This document shows, piece by piece, positions 53,280 to 58,489 of a stretch of 58,489 nucleotides of DNA. The stretch comes from Dethiobacteria bacterium (GTDB taxonomy: Bacteria; Bacillota; Dethiobacteria; DTU022; UBA8154), in NCBI GenBank assembly GCA_050942615.1, contig JBMNNQ010000003.1, positions 1-58,489 on the forward strand, in the 5' to 3' direction. Position 1 is the stretch's first letter; the number at the start of each line of letters is the position of its first letter. The notes below the pieces were generated by a model that worked only from the letters and a program-made list of their open reading frames with translations, was not told where the DNA came from and searched no databases. Both the position numbers and the translations under genes were made by a program.

Positions 53280-53726
53280 TTATTCCCGCTTACGATCTGC
53301 CAAAGCAAAAATAAGTTCACCGGCCGCAACCGTTTTGCCTTCTACCAGGGCCCGGCCCTTGCCCCGGCCGACAACCCCTTTCAGGCCGGTCAGCACCGTT
53401 TCCAAAATTAATGTATCACCGGGGCACACCAGCCCGCGGAAGCGAAATTTGTCGATACCGCGGAAAAGCGCCAATTTTCCCCTGAATCCAGCCCTGCTGA
53501 GCAGTGCCACCGCCCCCACCTGGGCTAAAGCCTCAGCGATCAGCACCCCCGGCATGACCGGTTCCCCGGGGAAATGCCCCTGAAAAAAAGGTTCGTTAAT
53601 GGTCACATTTTTCAGCCCGATCGCTTTCTCACCCGGCACTATTTCCAGAATTTTGTCGACTAATAAAAAAGGATAGCGGTGGGGGATGATCTTCTGAATG
53701 TCTTGCACCGACAAGTTGTTTTCCAA
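53280..53726 (-). CDS. fabZ: 3-hydroxyacyl-ACP dehydratase FabZ
   Basis: 148-aa ORF with a TTG start 7 nt after AAAAGGAGG. Motifs: [39 protein letters not shown]. Confidence 0.95.
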   Translation of the reverse strand: MENNLSVQDIQKIIPHRYPFLLVDKILEIVPGEKAIGLKNVTINEPFFQGHFPGEPVMPGVLIAEALAQVGAVALLSRAGFRGKLALFRGIDKFRFRGLVCPGDTLILETVLTGLKGVVGRGKGRALVEGKTVAAGELIFALADRKRE

Positions 53727-53768
53727 AGCCCGGCCTCCTTTTCGCCGCTTTCGATCGCCTTTACCTCT

Positions 53769-53840
53769 GTAGCTGCCCGCAATTATTTCAATTACCTGCA
53801 GTTACCTGCGATTATTTACAGCTGCCTGCAGATACCTGCA
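53769..53840. repeat. About 2.5 tandem copies of a roughly 30-nt repeat upstream of fabZ
   Basis: Unit 1 is attatttcaattacctgcagttacctgcg (53782-53810). Unit 2 is attatttacagctgcctgcagatacctgca (53811-53840), about 80 percent identical to unit 1. A partial copy gtagctgcccgca lies at 53769-53781. The CCTGC(A/G) core recurs five times. Confidence 0.6.
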
Positions 53841-53910
53841 ACCATCCAGTATCTTCTGCAGCCTTCAGCCCGAACCTGCCTTTTTCCCTTTTTGGTGCCC
53901 CCCGCTTTTT

Positions 53911-55692
53911 TCAACCGGCCCGGCCGCCCATGCCCTTTCCCTGTTCATCATCTTCCAGTAAAAGCAGCCGGCTGCTATCCGGAGGCAAGGGCCCAAAAAG
54001 CATGGGTAAACTGCGCATTTCACCCACTGCTTCTTTCAATTGGTCCAGAATCAATTGCAGGCGCTTTTCCAGGGAAAGGAGGTATTCCAACTCCTTTTCC
54101 TCTTCCAGATAAGTAAAAAGATGGGTATTGAAATGGGAAAGCTCTCCTTCCCACATATTTAAAATTTGCTGCGCCTTCAAGCGTGCCAAAAATTCCTGAG
54201 AGGGCTCCAACACCTGCCCCAGAGGCAGCAGGGAAATTTCCTCCAAATAAGAGGGGATGTAGACATCTATTTGAAACCGTTCCTGCAGTAAACCGGCCAA
54301 ATTTTCCAGGGCTTCATCCTCGCCGTGCACTAAAATAATCTGGGCAGGCTTGCGCTTAATTTTACCCACCCAAGCCAAAAGTTCATGCATATCGGCATGG
54401 GCGGAACAGCCCCGGATGGACGCTATTTCTGCACGGACGGCAATATCTTCACCAAAGATCCTGACCTGCCGGGCCCCTTCCAGCAAGCGGCGCCCCAAAC
54501 TGCCCTTGGCCTGGTAGCCCACAAAAAGGATGGTCGATTCCGGCCGCCAGAGGTTGTGTTTAAGATGATGCCTGATGCGGCCGGCATCGCACATGCCGCT
54601 GGCCGAAATAATCATGGCCCCCTCTCGCACCTCGTTGATCGCCTGAGATTCCTTTAAAGTGCGGGTAAAGGTCACTTCAGGAAAATGCAAAGGAAAGTCG
54701 CCCCGGATCAGGTAGGCCCTCATCTCCAGGTCAAAGCAGTCGCTGTGGCGGGTAAAAAGATCTGTTGCTTCGATGGCCATGGGGCTGTCGATGAAAATTG
54801 GCAGGGGCGGGATCGCCCCGCGGTCAATAAGTTTGTTCAGAGTATAGAGCAGTTCCTGGGCCCGGCCCACTGCAAAGGAAGGAACCACAATATTGCCCCC
54901 GCGCTTCAAGGTGGAATTAATGATGTTTGCCAGAACAACCTCTCTGTCACCCTCTTCATCATGCAGCCTTTGCCCGTAAGTTGACTCCATAATCAGAAAA
55001 TCAGCTTCTTCAATCACATCCGGATCGCAGACAATCGGCTGCCCCTGTCTCCCCAAGTCCCCTGTAAAAACAAATTTTTTGGTCGCGTCTTCCTCTGTAA
55101 CCCATAGTTCCACCACAGCAGAACCCAAAATATGGCCGGCGTTTTGCAGCCGAAAGGAAAATTCCGGGGAAAGGTTGACAGTTTCGTTATAACCGACGCC
55201 CTCAAAATATTTCAGGGCTGTCAGAGCATCAGCAGCCGTATATAAGGGCGGTGTTTCACTGCGCCCGGCCCGCCGGGCCTTGCGGTTTTCCCACTCCGCC
55301 TCCATTTCCTGAATATAAGCGCTGTCCTGAAGCATAATCTGACAAAGATCGGCAGTGGCCCTGGTGGAAAATATTTTTCCCCGAAAGCCGTCCCGCACCA
55401 ACTTGGGAATCAGCCCGCTGTGATCAATATGTGCATGTGTCAGAAAGAGGCATTCAATTTCTGCCGGCTCAAAGGGAAAATCCAAGAAGTTGCGCCGCCG
55501 CAGGGCTTTACCCCCCTGAAACATCCCACAGTCAATCAGATATTTTTTTTCCCCGGCTGCAAGCAGGAAACAGGAGCCCGTCACCGTCCGGGCCCCACCG
55601 CAAAATTTCAATTTCAATGACCGCACTTCCCCCCCCTGATGGTTTCCAGCTGTTTGCCGGGCCGGCCGGCCCGGCAAACAGCCTCCCTGCAT
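53911..55692 (-). CDS. Beta-CASP family metallo-beta-lactamase ribonuclease (CPSF73/RNase J-like)
   Basis: 593-aa ORF. Motifs: LIDCGMFQG, LTHAHIDHSGLIPKL, IMESTYGQRLH, SGMCDAGRI.HH, CSAHAD, ILVHGE. Its ATG overlaps the upstream stop (TAATG). An alternative TTG at 55617 follows GGGGGGAAG. Confidence 0.8.
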   Translation of the reverse strand: MQGGCLPGRPARQTAGNHQGGEVRSLKLKFCGGARTVTGSCFLLAAGEKKYLIDCGMFQGGKALRRRNFLDFPFEPAEIECLFLTHAHIDHSGLIPKLVRDGFRGKIFSTRATADLCQIMLQDSAYIQEMEAEWENRKARRAGRSETPPLYTAADALTALKYFEGVGYNETVNLSPEFSFRLQNAGHILGSAVVELWVTEEDATKKFVFTGDLGRQGQPIVCDPDVIEEADFLIMESTYGQRLHDEEGDREVVLANIINSTLKRGGNIVVPSFAVGRAQELLYTLNKLIDRGAIPPLPIFIDSPMAIEATDLFTRHSDCFDLEMRAYLIRGDFPLHFPEVTFTRTLKESQAINEVREGAMIISASGMCDAGRIRHHLKHNLWRPESTILFVGYQAKGSLGRRLLEGARQVRIFGEDIAVRAEIASIRGCSAHADMHELLAWVGKIKRKPAQIILVHGEDEALENLAGLLQERFQIDVYIPSYLEEISLLPLGQVLEPSQEFLARLKAQQILNMWEGELSHFNTHLFTYLEEEKELEYLLSLEKRLQLILDQLKEAVGEMRSLPMLFGPLPPDSSRLLLLEDDEQGKGMGGRAG

Positions 55693-56453
55693 TAAAGGTT
55701 TAACCGCTGCGCAATTTCCACCACGGCCAGGTAAGCCGGCGAATCTGCGGGCAAATCAAAAAGTGGTTTGTCATCCAAATCAAATTTAAAAACATTTTCA
55801 TCCATCGGAATCGTGCCCAGCACTTCCAAACCTGTTTTGGCAATCTCATCCTTCAGGGCCTCTTCCTCACCGTTTCTGGTCCTGGTAATCACTAAATAAA
55901 TTTTCTTGGCTTCGATCTTGACGGATTTGATAATTTCCAGCACCCTGCCGGCAGAGCGAATACCGCGGGCCGTAGCATCGCTGGTAATCAGGATATAATC
56001 TATATTGTCAATAATACGGCGGCTTAGGTGTTCAAGACCGGCTTCATTGTCCACAAATACATAGTCATAGTTGGTGCGCAACTTTTCCAAATAAAGGCGC
56101 AGCAGGTCATTGGGATAGCAATAACAGCCCGGGCCCTCGGGGTTGCCCATCGTTAATAAATCAATCTGTTCCGATTCCACCAACGCCTGGCTGGCGCGCA
56201 TTTCCATAAACACCGGTTTGGGCATCCCCTGCGGCACCAGGCGCGAATCCTTGGTGGCCGCCAATGCTTCAGAAATGGTTTCCTCAAGCTCCAACCCCAA
56301 AGCCTCATTAAGATTGGCGTTGGCGTCAGCATCCACTGCTAAAATGGACTTATCCTTATACCTTGAAGTAAGATAGCGCAGCAAAAGGGCTGTCAAGGTG
56401 GTTTTACCCGTGCCTCCCTTGCCCGCTACAGCAATTAACTTTTCCCTGGTCAT
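55692..56453 (-). CDS. CooC/AcsF-like P-loop ATPase (MinD/ParA superfamily metallocentre-insertion type)
   Basis: 253-aa ORF. Deviant Walker A IAVAGKGGTGKTT, a GPGCYCYPN Cys-x-Cys motif and VFVDNEAGLEHLSRR, as in CooC-type nickel-insertion ATPases. Confidence 0.65.
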   Translation of the reverse strand: MTREKLIAVAGKGGTGKTTLTALLLRYLTSRYKDKSILAVDADANANLNEALGLELEETISEALAATKDSRLVPQGMPKPVFMEMRASQALVESEQIDLLTMGNPEGPGCYCYPNDLLRLYLEKLRTNYDYVFVDNEAGLEHLSRRIIDNIDYILITSDATARGIRSAGRVLEIIKSVKIEAKKIYLVITRTRNGEEEALKDEIAKTGLEVLGTIPMDENVFKFDLDDKPLFDLPADSPAYLAVVEIAQRLNL

Positions 56454-56806
56454 CTAAAGCCACCCGGTTCCGTTCAAAATAACGGTAAATCTGTAAACAC
56501 TACGAAACCGGGCTAGCCACCCCCTTCGTATAATATTGGCCCAGTAATGGGTACTCTGTTTTATTATACAGAAAACCGGGGGAAAAAACTATGTTTAAAG
56601 CGCTTTTTACACAATTTCAACAGGAATTTGTCACTTTTCTGCACCCGCAAACCCGCCCGGCACCATAAACAGGAAAATAGCTGTCTTAAAATGTCAACAT
56701 CTCTGGAAAAACCCCCCGTAAAACTTTTTAAAAAGCCTTTTTATGTTATAATCTATATTATGAAAATAAACGCGCCTGCAGAAGCGCTTTTTAAGGAGGA
56801 TCTCTT

Positions 56807-57478
56807 TTGACCAAAATTACATTTTTAGGCCATGCTTGTTTTTTAGTGGAGGCAGAGGGTAAAGAAACCTTGCTTTTTGACCCTTTCCTGAAAGAAAACC
56901 CCCTGGCCCCGCGCCAACCGGAACAGATCAAGACCGACTATATTCTGGTCACCCACGCCCACTTTGATCACCTGGGAGAAACCTACGAAATTGCTGCAGC
57001 TAATGAAGCTACAATTATTTCCACTCCGGAAATTACCACCGTTGCCCAGGAAAAAGGGCTGAACGCCCACCCCCTGAACATCGGCGGCAAATTTAACTTC
57101 CCCTTTGGCTGGGTGAAGGCCACCCCGGCCCTGCACAGCGCCGGCATAGCCGGCGGCACCCCCTGCGGTTTTGTCATTCACTACCACGGGCAAAACATCT
57201 ATTTCCCCGGCGACACCGGGCTTTTCAGCGACATGAAACTGATCGGCGAGCTGACCCCGCTGAACCTTGCACTGCTGCCCATCGGAGACAACTATACCAT
57301 GGGCATCGATGATGCCGTCATGGCCGCCTCTTTTTTAAAGGCGCCGCTCATCATTCCCTATCATTACAACACCTGGCCTTTAATAGCCGCAGATCCGCAG
57401 GAATTTAAAAAGAAAGTGGAAGAAAAAACCGGCGCCCGATGCCAAATCCTGGCCCCGGGCGAAAGCTGCAGTTTTTAA
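56807..57478 (+). CDS. UPF0173 family metal-dependent hydrolase (MBL fold)
   Basis: 223-aa ORF with a TTG start 7 nt after AAGGAGGA. Motifs: ITFLGHACFLVE, LFDPFL, ILVTHAHFDHLG, PIGDNYTMG. Confidence 0.8.
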   Translation: MTKITFLGHACFLVEAEGKETLLFDPFLKENPLAPRQPEQIKTDYILVTHAHFDHLGETYEIAAANEATIISTPEITTVAQEKGLNAHPLNIGGKFNFPFGWVKATPALHSAGIAGGTPCGFVIHYHGQNIYFPGDTGLFSDMKLIGELTPLNLALLPIGDNYTMGIDDAVMAASFLKAPLIIPYHYNTWPLIAADPQEFKKKVEEKTGARCQILAPGESCSF

Positions 57479-57492
57479 AAACTGCAGCTTTT
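57464..57492 (+). terminator. Terminator overlapping the stop codon of the UPF0173 gene
   Basis: agctgcagt (57464-57472) / actgcagct (57481-57489) form a perfect stem with loop ttttaaaa, followed by TTTAAGG. Confidence 0.55.
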
Positions 57493-57543
57493 AAGGGAAA
57501 GAAAATTTTAGCACAGCGCCCTGCACCGCCACGAGAGGAATTC

Positions 57544-57571
57544 TTGATTTTCAGCAAATTTATGTTATAAT
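57544..57571 (+). promoter_or_regulatory. Sigma-A promoter of tRNA-Thr
   Basis: TTGATT (57544-57549), a 16-nt spacer ending in TGT, then TATAAT (57566-57571). It lies about 11 nt before the tRNA 5' end. Confidence 0.55.
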
Positions 57572-57582
57572 GATAGCAACAG

Positions 57583-57658
57583 GCCGGCATAGCTCAATTG
57601 GTAGAGCAGCGGAATCGTAATCCGCATGTTGGGGGTTCAAGTCCTCTTGCCGGCTCCA
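57583..57658 (+). tRNA. tRNA-Thr (anticodon CGT)
   Basis: Hand fold: acceptor GCCGGCA/TGCCGGC, D arm GCTC-AATTGGTA-GAGC, anticodon arm GCGGA-ATCGTAA-TCCGC, T arm GGGGG-TTCAAGT-CCTCT (two G-U pairs). Discriminator T and an encoded CCA follow. Confidence 0.85.
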
Positions 57659-57668
57659 ACTTAGAACG

Positions 57669-57711
57669 CAGTCGTTGATACAATTTAAGTATCAGCGACT
57701 GTTTTCTTTTT
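57669..57711 (+). terminator. Rho-independent terminator after tRNA-Thr
   Basis: cagtcgttgata (57669-57680) / tatcagcgactg (57690-57701) form a 12-bp stem with one G-U, followed by TTTTCTTTTT. Confidence 0.7.
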
Positions 57712-57720
57712 GTCTAATAA

Positions 57721-58489
57721 TTATTTTTCTGAAATAGGAAGAGAGATTTTGCTGCCGTCTTGGAAGCGGTATAGCAGAGTGTTATCGTTCTTTACTGTTA
57801 CTGTGTCCACAGTACTCATCCAAAGAGTATTAGAGAATTTTATGGGTAAGATATCATCATCAAACACAGCAAACATAAAACCGCTTAGGGCAGAGCTTTG
57901 ATGGTTCTTGTCTTCAATGACTGATTCAATTTCCTCAAATTCCGCTTGCAGAGCCTCATATCGATCTACTTGTGCATCATAGCGTTTTTGGTAATCTTCT
58001 TGGTTAAGAGCACGGGTGGCATTTTCGTTTACCATCCGGGAGATGATTTCTGCTACAATCTCCATCTCTTGAGAAAGTTCTTTAAGCCTGGTTTCTTCCT
58101 TGGAGCAGTCGGTTAATTTCCTTTTCAATTCCCGACAGTGGACAAGGAGTTTTTCCTTATCAGTCAGAAGCAAGCTCAATGCTCTAATAAAGGAATCTTG
58201 AATTTCTGCTTCATTAAGATGTGGGGTACTGCATTTAACTTCGTTCTTGAACTTGTTGTTACACTGCCAGACGGTTCGCTTGTATCTCGTGTTGGAGTGC
58301 CAAACCTTCGATCCATAGAAAGCTCCACAATCGCCACAGACCAATTTAGTGGAGTAAGGGGTGCTGTTACTATAATCGGTAGTTAAATTATCTCTTCGGG
58401 CGTATTCCGCCTGTACAAGGTCAAATTCTTCAGGCTCAATAATGGCAGGATGGCTGTCTTCTATGTAGTACTGCTGTACTTCGCCTTCG
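57721..58489 (-). CDS. Large serine recombinase, C-terminal part (5' end lies beyond the window)
   Basis: The frame is open from the window edge: EGEVQQYYIEDSHPAIIEPEEFDLVQAEYARR...KLVCGDCGAFYGSKVWHSNTRYKRTVWQCNNK...KCSTPHL. This is the recombinase zinc-ribbon region, followed by a coiled coil and a DUF4368-like tail (TVKNDNTLLYRFQDGSKISL). The M at 58344 in the ORF track is an internal TTG. Confidence 0.8.
   Translation of the reverse strand, partial: EGEVQQYYIEDSHPAIIEPEEFDLVQAEYARRDNLTTDYSNSTPYSTKLVCGDCGAFYGSKVWHSNTRYKRTVWQCNNKFKNEVKCSTPHLNEAEIQDSFIRALSLLLTDKEKLLVHCRELKRKLTDCSKEETRLKELSQEMEIVAEIISRMVNENATRALNQEDYQKRYDAQVDRYEALQAEFEEIESVIEDKNHQSSALSGFMFAVFDDDILPIKFSNTLWMSTVDTVTVKNDNTLLYRFQDGSKISLPISEK

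Larger units (their letters stand above)
57659..58489. mobile_element. Left end of a probable integrated element (serine-recombinase type) abutting tRNA-Thr
   Basis: The sequence becomes visibly more AT-rich right after the tRNA. A recombinase gene points toward the tRNA. The rest of the element lies outside the window. Confidence 0.45.

Noticed and set aside
53769-53840. Repeats upstream of fabZ as a CRISPR array
   Set aside because: Only about 2.5 copies are present. They are contiguous without spacers, only about 80 percent identical, and no cas genes are nearby.
56547-56810. 87-aa plus-strand ORF upstream of the UPF0173 hydrolase gene
   Set aside because: It overlaps the TGTTATAAT promoter and the RBS of the downstream gene. 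It is AT-rich with no SD or motifs.

Overview
This window looks like a chromosomal segment from an endospore-forming, anaerobic Firmicute (Clostridia, Peptococcaceae/Desulfotomaculum-like). The taxon is inferred from gene content only. Most of the window is a conserved housekeeping and sporulation neighbourhood, mainly on the minus strand: mfd-fin-pth-ctc-prs-glmU, ispE, an alpha/beta SASP, gap plus a cupin-type pgi, dapB plus a DpaB-like gene, csaB, pcm, veg, rsmA, comF-recD2-metK with a clear SAM-I riboswitch, fabZ and gerM. It also holds a three-gene COG1900/NIL-ferredoxin/COG2122 cluster (the aspartate-semialdehyde route to homocysteine). Further features are two large surface proteins (SLH and Cu-amine-oxidase-N stalk types), a hybrid histidine kinase, a FIST/GGDEF-HD-GYP c-di-GMP operon and two tRNAs (Val-CAC, Thr-CGU). 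The most interesting feature is an AT-rich, self-contained three-gene islet at about 11.19-12.70 kb. It encodes a DUF3990/ADP-ribosyltransferase-like protein, a small partner protein with an aromatic/basic C-terminal tail, and a SecB-fold chaperone. I read it as a toxin-antitoxin-chaperone (TAC) module with the CmdTAC-type T-A-C order, and so a likely phage-defence or addiction system. At the right edge, a lower-GC segment begins directly after tRNA-Thr and carries the 3' part of a large serine recombinase gene, so an integrated mobile element probably starts there. All family calls come from reading motifs in the supplied translations. No database search was possible.
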